A stretch of 64,000 nt of DNA from Longimicrobiales bacterium. Lineage in GTDB: Bacteria > Gemmatimonadota > Gemmatimonadetes > Longimicrobiales > Gaopeijiaceae. The stretch spans positions 224,001 to 288,000 of the forward strand of contig CBDCKN010000013.1 of the NCBI GenBank assembly GCA_965218295.1, given 5' to 3'. Below, in pieces: positions 52,100 through 61,875 of this stretch (position 1 is its first letter; every line of letters starts with the position of its first letter). The notes under the pieces are model-generated. The model saw nothing but the letters and a program-made list of their open reading frames with translations. It was not told the DNA's origin and searched no databases. The position numbers were made by a program, and so were the translations under genes.

Positions 52100-52525
52100 C
52101 TAGCCCTCCAGGAGCTGTAGGGAGACACGCTCGGCACCGGCCATGTGAAGCGCGTCCAGCACATCGACCATGAACTTGTACGGTGCGTCGGGATGCGTCT
52201 TCACGGCGGCGATGAGGTTGGCGTTCTCCGCGACTTCTTGGCGCCAGATCCCTTCGATGTCGTTGGGGCGGACCTGCTGGACCTGCGGGCTCTCACCGCG
52301 TTTCAGGTCGACGATTCCGTTCGCCTGAATGATGATGTGGATGATGTTCTTCTGGCTGACCTCGACCTCTTCCGACTGCTCCGGAAGAACGATGGCGAGG
52401 CCCTTGTCCTTCGGGAAGGTGGTGGTCACCAGGAAGAAGATCAGGAGCAGGAACGCGATGTCCGCCATCGACGCAGAGGGGACCTCGTCGGTGACCTTCG
52501 ACTTCTTGTTGTTGAGAACGGCCAT
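52100..52525 (-). CDS. exbD: ExbD/TolR-family protein
   Basis: SMADIAFLLLIFFLVTT. Confidence 0.92.
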   Translation of the reverse strand: MAVLNNKKSKVTDEVPSASMADIAFLLLIFFLVTTTFPKDKGLAIVLPEQSEEVEVSQKNIIHIIIQANGIVDLKRGESPQVQQVRPNDIEGIWRQEVAENANLIAAVKTHPDAPYKFMVDVLDALHMAGAERVSLQLLEG

Positions 52526-52579
52526 TCTTCAGCCCTCGTATGTGTGCTCAGCTACCGGTGGTGCGACGGAAAGGTTCCT

Positions 52580-53329
52580 CTAGTCCTCTGCGGGCCCGGT
52601 GTCCCCGGATCCTGTTCCTTCGTCCCCGGGTTGTGGGGTGAACGCGGATCGCTCGGCGGCTGGAGCGAGGCCAGCCGGGGCGGCCTTCAAGCCACTCCGG
52701 AGATCCCAAGCCAGATCGAGGACCTTCTGCGCTCCCTGCTCCATGTCGATGATCAGCGCGTCGATGCGGGAGACGAAGAAATTGTAGCCGATGTTGACCG
52801 GAATCGCGATCAGGAGGCCCGTCGCCGTGGTCAGCAGCGCGACCTTGATCCCGCCCGCTACCAGCGTCGGATCTACGTCACCGGCCGCCTCGATGGCCCC
52901 GAAGGCCAGGACCATCCCGACCACGGTACCCAAGAAGCCCATGAGGGGAGCGACGTTGGCCACGGTAGCCAGAATCACGAGTCCCCGCTCGAGGAAGCCC
53001 AATTCGATGGTCCCCGTGGTCTTGATGGCTTGCTCCATCTCGTGTAGCCCGACTTCCTCGGCCTTGATTCTTCGCAATCCCGCCACGAGGATGGCGGCAG
53101 CCGGTCCCGGTCGGGCGGCCGCCAGCTCGAGCGCCTCATCGAGGCGACCCGCCTGAGCGGCTTCGTCGACCTCGGCGAGAACGGCTTGGGTGCTGCTGTG
53201 GGCGACCCAGAAGGTCCACGCCTTCGCGCTCATCACGCCAAGCGCGATGAGCGAGCAGAGCACCAGCGGATACATCATCAGGCCGCCATCGGAGAACAGC
53301 GACAAAAGATGGTATTGACTTGCGTCCAA
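52580..53329 (-). CDS. exbB: MotA/TolQ/ExbB proton channel
   Basis: APLMGFLGTVVGM, GIKVALLTTATGLLIAIP. Confidence 0.92.
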   Translation of the reverse strand: MDASQYHLLSLFSDGGLMMYPLVLCSLIALGVMSAKAWTFWVAHSSTQAVLAEVDEAAQAGRLDEALELAAARPGPAAAILVAGLRRIKAEEVGLHEMEQAIKTTGTIELGFLERGLVILATVANVAPLMGFLGTVVGMVLAFGAIEAAGDVDPTLVAGGIKVALLTTATGLLIAIPVNIGYNFFVSRIDALIIDMEQGAQKVLDLAWDLRSGLKAAPAGLAPAAERSAFTPQPGDEGTGSGDTGPAED

Positions 53330-53491
53330 GCGACGCTCCTCTGTGCAACGGTCCCGGTACCGCCGGCCTGCCGACGGTCATCCACGTAAGAGACGCGCCA
53401 ATCTAGTGCGCAGTCCCGAGAATTCCTAGACCGCCCGCAGGTCATACGAAATCAAAGTATTTGGGCTTTCAGGCCAGGTTCGCAAGCACCC

Positions 53492-54289
53492 TCATGCGAG
53501 GGTTGAGGCCAGGACCGCCGGGCGTTCGGGCAACGTACCACCGAGGATCTCCCTGAGTCGCGCCGTTTCCACATCCCGCTCCAGCCGGCCGTGCTGCGCC
53601 ACCGATACCCGGGCGGTCTCCTCGCTGACCACGATGACCAGAGCGTCGGTCTCCTCACTGAGGCCGATGGCCGCACGGTGGCGGGTACCCAGGGACTTGT
53701 CGGCGACCGCGTACTGGGTCAGAGGAAGGATCGCACCGGCTGCCCGTATCTCGTCTCCCACCACTATCACCGCTCCGTCGTGCAGGGGACTCCCGAGCGT
53801 GAAGATCGTCTGAAGCATCTCGGACGAAACGCGGACCCTCTCCCGGCTACCGGTCTGACCGTACTCGTCGAGGCCGACCTCCTGCTCGATGGCGATGATG
53901 GCACCCATCTTCCTGCGAGAGAGCTCTTCGACACCGTGGACGATCTCGTCGATCAGCTGGCTTTCCTGCATCGGATTGACCATGCGGATCAGGCGACTCC
54001 GGCCGAGACGGCTCAAGGCGGTCCTCAGCTCGGGCTGGAACACGACCAGTGCCGCAATGACCCCGTAACTGAAGACCGATTCCAGGATGTACTCGATGAG
54101 GGTCAGCCGGAGGACCTGGGAGACGAGATACGCCGCAGCCAGGACGAGCAATCCCAGGAGGATCTGCATCGCCCGGGTTCGCTGGATGATCAGCAGAATC
54201 CTGTAGAGCAGAAACGCGACGATGAGGATCTGGAGGAGGTCGAGCGGCCCCGGAAGGAAGAACTGCAGCTGATTCCAGAGCCGGGACAC
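53492..54289 (-). CDS. cdaA: Diadenylate cyclase (CdaA/DacA)
   Basis: Three TM helices; PLHDGA and GTRHRAA motifs. Confidence 0.93.
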   Translation of the reverse strand: MSRLWNQLQFFLPGPLDLLQILIVAFLLYRILLIIQRTRAMQILLGLLVLAAAYLVSQVLRLTLIEYILESVFSYGVIAALVVFQPELRTALSRLGRSRLIRMVNPMQESQLIDEIVHGVEELSRRKMGAIIAIEQEVGLDEYGQTGSRERVRVSSEMLQTIFTLGSPLHDGAVIVVGDEIRAAGAILPLTQYAVADKSLGTRHRAAIGLSEETDALVIVVSEETARVSVAQHGRLERDVETARLREILGGTLPERPAVLASTLA

Positions 54290-54299
54290 TTTGGATCAG

Positions 54300-56453
54300 C
54301 TAGCTGGAGGCGCCTGCCTCCGGATCCTCGGCACGGAGCCGGACCGCGGGGGTGCGTACAGTGTCGGGGCTCGACTCCTCGGCGCTCAAGTCCTCGCCGC
54401 CCGGCCTTTCCGGCGCAGCCCCCTCCAGAACCGCGCCTTCCTCGACGACAGTGTCCTTCGCTGCGCCTTCCTCGGCGACAGTGTCCTCCGCCGTGCCTTC
54501 CTCGACGGGAGAATCGTCGGTGGCGTCGGATGAAGAAGCCGCTCCCTCGCCCTCCTCGTCGTCCTCGGGGGCCGCCAGGGGCAGGAGCTCCTCGCCGGCG
54601 TCCAAAGCCGCGATCTCGGCGGCATCCAGCGTCTCCCGGTCCAGGAGCGCCTGGGCCAGTTCCTCCAACAGATCCCGGTGCTCGGTGACCAGCGCCCGAG
54701 CGCTCTCGTGGGCCTCGTCAAGCACGCGCTTGATCTCCTGATCGACCTGTTGGGCCGTGTGCTCCGACACCTCCCGGCGCTGGATCAGGTCACGGCCCAG
54801 GAAGACCTCCTGATCCGCCTGCCCGATGGCCATGAGACCGATGAGGTCGGACATGCCGAAGCGGGTCACCATCTGGCGGGCCATGGCCGTGGCCCTCTCG
54901 ATGTCGTTGCCCGCACCCGTCGTGATCTGGTCGGGCCCGAAGACCATCTCCTCGGCGACACGCCCCCCGAAGAGCATGCACAGCTGCCCCTGGAGCCACT
55001 CCTTCGTATACGAGTGGCGGTCTTCCTCCGGCAGGCTCGCGGTGATGCCAAGGGCCCGCCCACGAGGCACGATGGTAATCTTGTGGACCGGGTCCATGCC
55101 GGGCAGACGGAGGCCGACGACGGCGTGGCCCGCCTCGTGGTATGCCGTGAGCCTCCGCTCCGACTCCGTGAGCACCATGCTGCGCCGCTCGGCCCCGAGC
55201 ATGACCTTGTCCTTCGCCTCTTCGAAGTGGGCGTTGCTCACCTTGTTGCTGCCGTCGCGAGCAGCCAGGAGGGCCGCCTCGTTACAGATGTTGGCCAGAT
55301 CCGCGCCGCTGAGACCCGGAGTGCCCTTGGCCACTGCCTTGAACTCCACGTCTCCGGTCAGCGGTAGCTTCTTGGCGTGGACCCGAAGGATCCCTTCTCT
55401 GCCCCTGATGTCCGGGAGGTCCACGACGACCTGGCGGTCGAAACGGCCGGGCCGAAGGAGGGCTGGGTCGAGAACGTCGGGTCGATTGGTCGCCGCCAGC
55501 AGGATCACGCCCTCGTTGGCCTCGAAGCCGTCCATCTCGACCAAGAGGGCGTTGAGGGTCTGCTCGCGCTCGTCGTGCCCGCCTCCAAGGCCGGCTCCAC
55601 GATGCCGTCCCACCGCGTCGATCTCGTCGATGAAGATGATGCAGGGGGCGTGGGCTTTGCCCTGCTCGAACAGGTCACGGACCCGGGACGCTCCCACACC
55701 GACGAACATCTCGACGAAGTCGGACCCGGACATCTGGAAGAACGGCCTCGCGGCCTCTCCCGCCACGGCGCGGGCCAACAGCGTCTTTCCGGTGCCCGGA
55801 GGACCCACGAGCAGGACACCCTTGGGCAGCCGGCCACCAAGGCGCGAAAACCTCTGCGGGTCCTTGAGGAACTCGATGATCTCTTCGAGCTCTTCCTTCG
55901 CTTCGTCCGCCCCGGCGATGTCCGCGAAGGTGCCCGTGGGCGTGTCCGGCGCGAGGAGCTTCGCCTTAGAGCGTCCGAACTGGAACGCCCTGTTTCCCCC
56001 ACCCTGCATGGTGCGGAAGATCCAGATCCAAAACGCGATGAAAAGCAGCCAGGGCAACACGCCCAGTAGGAGGGTCCCCCAACCGCGTGTCTCCAGCTTA
56101 CCCGAGATCTCGATCTCGTGCTGCTCCAGGTCGGCGAGGAGATCGGGAGTGATCTCGCCCGGGAGCATCACTGTGAACTTCTGGAACTCCTGGCCCTCTT
56201 CGATCCGCGGCGCCCGCAGCTCTCCCTCGATCAGGCGGCTCTCGACGACCGTGACCTCGAGAATGTTGTCCGCGTCGAGCTGCGCCTTGAATTCCGTGTA
56301 CGTGAACTCGAGGGCCACGTCGTTCTGCCCCCGCATGAACTGGAAGGCGAGAGCCGTCATGAGGACGAGAAGCAGCCAGAAGGCACCGGTCCTGGAGAAC
56401 CGGCTCACTGGAGATCCGTCGTTCGGCGTGCGAAGTGGGTCTTGTTCAGCCAT
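54300..56453 (-). CDS. ftsH: ATP-dependent zinc metalloprotease FtsH
   Basis: [32 protein letters not shown]. Confidence 0.98.
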   Translation of the reverse strand: MAEQDPLRTPNDGSPVSRFSRTGAFWLLLVLMTALAFQFMRGQNDVALEFTYTEFKAQLDADNILEVTVVESRLIEGELRAPRIEEGQEFQKFTVMLPGEITPDLLADLEQHEIEISGKLETRGWGTLLLGVLPWLLFIAFWIWIFRTMQGGGNRAFQFGRSKAKLLAPDTPTGTFADIAGADEAKEELEEIIEFLKDPQRFSRLGGRLPKGVLLVGPPGTGKTLLARAVAGEAARPFFQMSGSDFVEMFVGVGASRVRDLFEQGKAHAPCIIFIDEIDAVGRHRGAGLGGGHDEREQTLNALLVEMDGFEANEGVILLAATNRPDVLDPALLRPGRFDRQVVVDLPDIRGREGILRVHAKKLPLTGDVEFKAVAKGTPGLSGADLANICNEAALLAARDGSNKVSNAHFEEAKDKVMLGAERRSMVLTESERRLTAYHEAGHAVVGLRLPGMDPVHKITIVPRGRALGITASLPEEDRHSYTKEWLQGQLCMLFGGRVAEEMVFGPDQITTGAGNDIERATAMARQMVTRFGMSDLIGLMAIGQADQEVFLGRDLIQRREVSEHTAQQVDQEIKRVLDEAHESARALVTEHRDLLEELAQALLDRETLDAAEIAALDAGEELLPLAAPEDDEEGEGAASSSDATDDSPVEEGTAEDTVAEEGAAKDTVVEEGAVLEGAAPERPGGEDLSAEESSPDTVRTPAVRLRAEDPEAGASS
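54434..54507 (-). repeat. About 2.5 copies of a 30-bp repeat in the acidic FtsH tail
   Basis: [25 protein letters not shown]. Confidence 0.75.
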
Positions 56454-56497
56454 GTGTTTCTGCTACACCTTGAAAGGCGTCGGAGTCCCACCGACGC

Positions 56498-57037
56498 TCA
56501 CAAACCTGCAATATAGGGCAAGTGGCGGAAGTTTTCGCTGAAATCCAGCCCGTAGCCCACCAAGAACTCCCGAGGGGCGTCGAAGCCCACCCAGCGGGGC
56601 TCCTTCGCAAGCTGGCTGATGCGCTTGTGCAGAAGGGCACAGATCTCCAGGCTCTTGGGACCTCGCTCTTCCAGCAGCGGGACGAGGCGGTTCATGGTGT
56701 TTCCGCTGTCGACGATGTCCTCGACGATGATCACCGCCCGGTCTTCCAGCGTCGCCTCCGAATCATAGAGAAGCTGTACGTTGCCGCTGCTCATGGTGTC
56801 ACTGCCGTAGCTCGACGCCACCAGAAAGTCGATATGAAGCGGCAGGTCGATGGATCGCACCAGGTCGGCCATGAATATGAACGAGCCCTTTAGCAGGCCC
56901 AGCACCAGCAGATCGTCGTCCTCGGTGTAGGTCTCCGTGATCTCTCGACCCATCTCCTCGACGCGCCGAGCGATCGCCTCCTCCGAGTAGACGATGCGGG
57001 TCAGCTCCTGTCCCCCCAACCTTGCCTGGGTAGTCAC
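56498..57037 (-). CDS. hpt: Hypoxanthine phosphoribosyltransferase
   Basis: [30 protein letters not shown]. Confidence 0.96.
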   Translation of the reverse strand: MTTQARLGGQELTRIVYSEEAIARRVEEMGREITETYTEDDDLLVLGLLKGSFIFMADLVRSIDLPLHIDFLVASSYGSDTMSSGNVQLLYDSEATLEDRAVIIVEDIVDSGNTMNRLVPLLEERGPKSLEICALLHKRISQLAKEPRWVGFDAPREFLVGYGLDFSENFRHLPYIAGL

Positions 57038-58401
57038 CGGACCTCCGATGTGGACAACGAAATGGCAAACGCACTTTCCTCTTCGGCCGGGACGTGCAGG
57101 CATGAGCGAGACACGCCGGGAACCCAAAGCACGCGGCCATGGCCGTCCACCACGACGGGGACCCGAGACCGCTCATCCAGGGGTACGCGTGCCTCTCCGA
57201 AGACCTTCTTCAGCTTCTTGGATCCGTACGAGTATCGCACCCGGTCTCCGGGGCTCCACCCCCGCATCCGGAGGGGAAACTCGAGCTCTGCCAGGGAGAA
57301 CCGCTCGATCCAGGTTCCCTCGAGCACCTCGGTGAGCGACCAAGTGGCCGACCAGTCCCGCCCTCTAATCACGAAACCCCCTCGACCCTCTCCGGGTTCG
57401 CCGATCTCGAGCGAGCCGTCGTCGCCTCGCTCCTTGATGAGCTCGAGCACGAGATGATCGAACGCGCGGTACAACCTGAGGAGCCCTGTGATCCAGTGCT
57501 CCTTACCGCTAGCGCCCGCGCTTGTAAACGCAACGGCCGCCCGAGTTCCGGCCTCATCGAGCCGTACCCCCAAGCGGGCCGAGAGCGCCCGCAGCGCGCG
57601 GGCATGAACCTCCGAATCATACGCGAGCCAGGAGACCCGATCAACGACGATGCGGGCGTCGCTCGACTCCACGATCAAGTCGTCCAGGAGCTTTGCGAGG
57701 ATCGACTGCCACGCCCTCTCTTCTCTCTGGGCAATGCGCGCCAGCCGCACCAGGGAGCCCCGAGTGCCCGGAGCTACCGCGGCCTCGAGGCGGGGCAGGA
57801 CCTCGTGCCTGATCACGTTCCGGGCGAAGGCAGGATCTTCGTTGGACGGATCGAGGCGCGGCCTGATCCCTACGGATTCCGCATACTGTGCGAGGCGATC
57901 CCGCGTGAACCGTAGCAGAGGCCTCAGGATTCCCGGTGCCCTCTGTTCCGGAATGCCTGCGAGGCCGCGAAGGCCCGTGCCACGAGCGATACGGAAGAGC
58001 ACGGTCTCCGCTTGATCGTCCGCGTGGTGGGCAGTGACGATCCACCGGGCTCCCAACGCTCGATGCTCCGCTTCCAGAAACTCGTAGCGGGCCTCTCGGG
58101 CCTCCTCTTCGCCGGCGAGGTCGGCCTCCGCCACGCCCTCACGAAAGGGAAGATCCCAAGCCTGGGCCACTCCACGGACCCACAAGGCGTCGCCTGAGCT
58201 CTCGGGCCGCATACGGTGATCGAAGTGCGCGACGATCAGGTGGAGTCCGGGAAGTCCCGGTGTGAATCGCAGAAGATGAAGCAGAACGAGGGAATCCAGC
58301 CCCCCGGACACGGCCACGAGGACCTTGTCACCCTCTGAGAAGAACCCTCGCTGGGCCACGTGCTCCTCGAAGTCACGCGCCAGCGCATGCTGATGGCTCA
58401 T
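57034..58401 (-). CDS. tilS: tRNA(Ile)-lysidine synthetase
   Basis: VAVSGGLDS, AHHADDQAET, RPLL, DPSN. Confidence 0.95.
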   Translation of the reverse strand: MSHQHALARDFEEHVAQRGFFSEGDKVLVAVSGGLDSLVLLHLLRFTPGLPGLHLIVAHFDHRMRPESSGDALWVRGVAQAWDLPFREGVAEADLAGEEEAREARYEFLEAEHRALGARWIVTAHHADDQAETVLFRIARGTGLRGLAGIPEQRAPGILRPLLRFTRDRLAQYAESVGIRPRLDPSNEDPAFARNVIRHEVLPRLEAAVAPGTRGSLVRLARIAQREERAWQSILAKLLDDLIVESSDARIVVDRVSWLAYDSEVHARALRALSARLGVRLDEAGTRAAVAFTSAGASGKEHWITGLLRLYRAFDHLVLELIKERGDDGSLEIGEPGEGRGGFVIRGRDWSATWSLTEVLEGTWIERFSLAELEFPLRMRGWSPGDRVRYSYGSKKLKKVFGEARVPLDERSRVPVVVDGHGRVLWVPGVSRSCLHVPAEEESAFAISLSTSEVR

Positions 58402-59249
58402 CCCTCGACTTCGACCTCGGACGAGGGAGAGGCGAAAGGGCGGCGGGCCACATCGGCCAGGACCCGTGCGAGGATGTCGAGACGGTCTGTCTGGAGGCCG
58501 TCGACACCCCAGTCGAGGAGTCGTCGCATATCCCCCTCGTCGTCCACCACCCATACGTGGACGGCGACGTTGAGGCGATGGGCCTGGGAGATGAACCTCG
58601 GTGTCACCACCCGCAGACCACGCCAGCGCTCGGGCACCTGAAGGACATCGAACCTGGGTCGTAGCGTCCCCACCATCCGTGCGTGGCTGGCACACCAGAA
58701 CCAGGCGATGTCCCGCCGAGAGGCACCCCACGGCCCCGTGTAGCCATGAGCGTCATTACGCCAGGCTTCCACCTCGGCCGCCACCAACACCCGATGCGTG
58801 GCGTTATGCCGGCGGATCACCTCCAGGAGGGGGCGTGCCACGTCCGGAGACTTCGTCTCCACGTTCACCCGTGTGTCCGGGAAGGCGTCGAGGACCTCCT
58901 CCAGGGAGGGCACGCGAATACCCTTTCCCCGGAACGACGTCTCACCGTCGAGGTCTCGGAAATGGAAGCCCGCGTCAAGGGCTTTCACCTGCTGCCACGA
59001 CATGGAAGCGATGGGCCCGGTTCCGTTACACGTCCGATCCACCGTCGCGTCGTGGATCAGCACGACCTTGCCGTCGGCGGTCAGGTGCGCGTCGGTTTCG
59101 AGCATGTCGACACCCCACCCCTCCACAGCGAGTCGGAAGGCCGCCATGGTGTTTTCCGGGGCCATGTGGCCTCCGCCCCGGTGGGCGATGAAGAGCGGAC
59201 TGCCAGCCAGGTAGGAATGGCCTGGTCGCCGCCTTTGGAGTGAGGCCAC
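58398..59249 (-). CDS. Glycerophosphodiester phosphodiesterase
   Basis: IAHRGG..APENT, ETD, IHD, GVDGLQTD. Confidence 0.93.
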   Translation of the reverse strand: MASLQRRRPGHSYLAGSPLFIAHRGGGHMAPENTMAAFRLAVEGWGVDMLETDAHLTADGKVVLIHDATVDRTCNGTGPIASMSWQQVKALDAGFHFRDLDGETSFRGKGIRVPSLEEVLDAFPDTRVNVETKSPDVARPLLEVIRRHNATHRVLVAAEVEAWRNDAHGYTGPWGASRRDIAWFWCASHARMVGTLRPRFDVLQVPERWRGLRVVTPRFISQAHRLNVAVHVWVVDDEGDMRRLLDWGVDGLQTDRLDILARVLADVARRPFASPSSEVEVEG

Positions 59250-59261
59250 GGGTCCGACGAT

Positions 59262-59777
59262 TTAGGACGCTGACGCCCCGTCCCTGAAGCCCTCTACGTC
59301 GGCCGGGTCGACCCCGTGGAGACGAAAGAGCACCAGGTCGAGGAGCCGGTCGGTCAAAGCCAGATCCCGCTCCGTCCGTTCGGCGTCCTCGTCTTGGGGG
59401 TCCTCCTTCGGGTCCTGGAGCGCCACGACACGCTCGGCCAGGAACCCCACCACCTCTTCCACGACTTCCGGTCGGGGATTAGCGGGAGCCAGGGAGTCGG
59501 GCATGACCTGCTCGAGGAGCAGGCCACGGACATAGGCGAGGAATCCGGGGAACGTCAACTCGGACAAGGGCTCTCCCTCGACCTGCTCCTCGTCTGTGAT
59601 ATTCTCCCAGGCGAGCTCGTTCACATATAGCTCGGTGGCCCCGGCCTTGAGGTGTTCTCGCTCGGAGTCTGACAGCTCAGGGCCGTCGGACGGAGTCGGA
59701 ACCGTGAGCTTGCGGCCCAGCGCCCGTGCCAATTCCTCTCTTCGTTCATCGAGCAATGCCTTGGCTCGATAATCCAT
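59262..59777 (-). CDS. Hypothetical acidic helical protein
   Basis: Fills the gap in a co-directional operon; GAGGAG RBS. Confidence 0.7.
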   Translation of the reverse strand: MDYRAKALLDERREELARALGRKLTVPTPSDGPELSDSEREHLKAGATELYVNELAWENITDEEQVEGEPLSELTFPGFLAYVRGLLLEQVMPDSLAPANPRPEVVEEVVGFLAERVVALQDPKEDPQDEDAERTERDLALTDRLLDLVLFRLHGVDPADVEGFRDGASAS

Positions 59778-59877
59778 ATCGCGGACTCCTCGAGGTCGTT
59801 GGGATGAGCGCCCCACCGCGGCAACTTACGGACCGTCGTGGCCCGGCCGCCACTCCGTGCTACGCGGTCGTGAGAGC

Positions 59878-60645
59878 CTACTCCCGCCTGTCCCGGCGTA
59901 TCCGAGCCGCCAGCCGGTCGTACAGGCCGCGGGGTAGCGCTTGGCCAGCCCAGACGGCGGAGGAGAGGGGCACCGGAAAAAGCAGTGAAGGACGGCGGGC
60001 GGCGATGGCCCCGTACATCCGCTCCACTGCGTCGTCGAGTTCGACTAGGAAGGGCCTCTTGGCCACGTACTTCGACATCTCGGAGGCGCGCACGTACCCT
60101 GGCGAGATCACGGTGACGTCCACCGGATCGTCCTTCAGATCGAGGCGAAGACTCTCGAAGAAGACCCGGAGCGCCGCCTTCGATGCCGCATATGCCGCCG
60201 TCTTCGGGAGGCCTCCGAATCCCGCTAGGCTGGACACGGCCACGAGATGGCCTCGCTTCCGCTCCAACATGCCGGGGAGCACCGCCTCCACGGCGTAGAC
60301 GGCACCAAGAAAGTTGACCCGTATGAGGCGTTCGACATCTTCCGCCACCAGGCGATGAGTATCGGTGCCCTCGCTTACCCCGGCGTTGGCCACGAGAAGG
60401 TCGACGGGCCCCAGGGCTTCCTGGCACGCTCGCGCGGCCCGGTGCATGGCTTCCGGATCCGTAACGTCGCACGCCAACGCCCGAGCCTCCCCACCACCGG
60501 CCTCGATCTCCTCCTTCACGGCCTGGAGAGCGTCCTCACGGCGTGCCGCCAGCCCCACGGAGTACCCCTCCCGGGCCAGGCGTAGGGCCAGTGCGCGACC
60601 GATCCCGGATGAAGAACCTGTGACCAGAGCTACGGTGGAGCTCAT
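59878..60645 (-). CDS. SDR-family oxidoreductase
   Basis: TGSSSGIG, ANAG, YAASK. Confidence 0.93.
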   Translation of the reverse strand: MSSTVALVTGSSSGIGRALALRLAREGYSVGLAARREDALQAVKEEIEAGGGEARALACDVTDPEAMHRAARACQEALGPVDLLVANAGVSEGTDTHRLVAEDVERLIRVNFLGAVYAVEAVLPGMLERKRGHLVAVSSLAGFGGLPKTAAYAASKAALRVFFESLRLDLKDDPVDVTVISPGYVRASEMSKYVAKRPFLVELDDAVERMYGAIAARRPSLLFPVPLSSAVWAGQALPRGLYDRLAARIRRDRRE

Positions 60646-61613
60646 CCGTCGCCCCGGAGGTCCCGCTCCCACGCGCCGAAGGCCACCTCGTAGTACCTGG
60701 GATTGAACATGGCCCACTCGCCCAGGGACTCGGGCACCGAATAGGCTCGGGCCGCTTCGGCCACGGGGATCCCGGCCTCCACCGCCCGAGTGGCCGCCAT
60801 CCCCACATCCTCAAGGAGATCCACGTAAGGAGCGAGCCCGGCCAGGTCGGACGTGTCACCGTGACCGGGCACGTAGAGCGCCTGGGGGTCGACGAGGATC
60901 TCCCGTACGTGACGGATCAGGCGCGTGGGGCGGGCGTCACGATAGTTCGGGAAGAGGCCGTTCCAGACGAGGTCGCCACACCACACGACCCTCGGATCGT
61001 CTATCTCCACCGTAACGTCACTGGAGGTGTGTCCCTCACGAACGGTGACGCGAACCACCGGACCACCCAAATCGATCTCGGTGACCCTCTCCGTATCCGC
61101 GATGATCAGGTTGGGGAGCAGCCGCTCCCGCTCTTCGCCTGCGAGAAGCCGATGGGTCTCGTGGGTGGCCAGGACCCGCAGCTCACCGGGCCGGGCGCGG
61201 TATCCGCTCTGCCCCACCGAGTGGTCACCGTGATGGTGGCTGAGCACCACATGGGTGGGCCGGCGGCCGGTGAGTCGCTCCGCGGCGTCACCCACCCACG
61301 TTGCCCCCTCGACGCTGGCCAGTCCCTCCACGGCCAGAATCCCATCGCGGCCCACGATGAAGCCGCCGTTGGAGAGCGTCGTGAAGTCTCCCTCCTTCAG
61401 AGGCGTCGAAACCACCACCCAGACGCCCTCGGCGATCTCCTCGATGCGACCCCACGGCTCCACGGCCCGGACCACGCCTCTGGGCGACCCCGCGAAAGCC
61501 TCGCGCACGAAGGAGGGAGCGAAGTTCAATGCCAGCAGGAAGTGGGCGCCACACGACGCGGAGTGCTGGAGGAACCGGCGTCGGCTCGGACCCCTCGATG
61601 GCGAAACGGACAT
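60642..61613 (-). CDS. Tat-exported MBL-fold metallo-hydrolase
   Basis: SRRRFL signal; SHHHGDH, GHT, GD, VPGHG. Confidence 0.9.
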   Translation of the reverse strand: MSVSPSRGPSRRRFLQHSASCGAHFLLALNFAPSFVREAFAGSPRGVVRAVEPWGRIEEIAEGVWVVVSTPLKEGDFTTLSNGGFIVGRDGILAVEGLASVEGATWVGDAAERLTGRRPTHVVLSHHHGDHSVGQSGYRARPGELRVLATHETHRLLAGEERERLLPNLIIADTERVTEIDLGGPVVRVTVREGHTSSDVTVEIDDPRVVWCGDLVWNGLFPNYRDARPTRLIRHVREILVDPQALYVPGHGDTSDLAGLAPYVDLLEDVGMAATRAVEAGIPVAEAARAYSVPESLGEWAMFNPRYYEVAFGAWERDLRGDG

Positions 61614-61663
61614 GAGTGTCTCGTTATGAAGTCGCCGAACAAGCGTACGTATCTTTACGTCGT

Positions 61664-61852
61664 GAGCACCGCCACGGCTTTCGGATACCACGGCCCGTAG
61701 CGCTTCTCGAACGCCTGACGAGCCTTCACGGCCTCGGCCCGCGTCGGGGCGTAGACCACCGCCGTCAGCAGCTCCTTGCCGTCCGGCTGCTCTCGCTTCG
61801 GCAGCCGGTCCAGGACATTGCGCATCTTGTGATTCCAGCACCGCTGCTCGGC
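61664..61852 (-). mobile_element. Isolated internal fragment of an IS256 transposase
   Basis: EQRCWNHKMRNVLDRLP...VVYAP...YGPWYPKAV; no IRs. Confidence 0.85.
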
Positions 61853-61875
61853 GGAGCGACCCCGCGCTCACTTCG

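Noticed and set aside
54826..56541. Long antisense ORFs opposite ftsH (and similar ones opposite ileS, the integrases and the IS genes)
   Set aside because: Shadow ORFs caused by GC-rich codon bias on the coding strand.
60642..61871. 409-aa MBL with an extended N-terminus
   Set aside because: The extension is an off-frame reading of the IS256 fragment; the Tat signal indicates a start near 61613.
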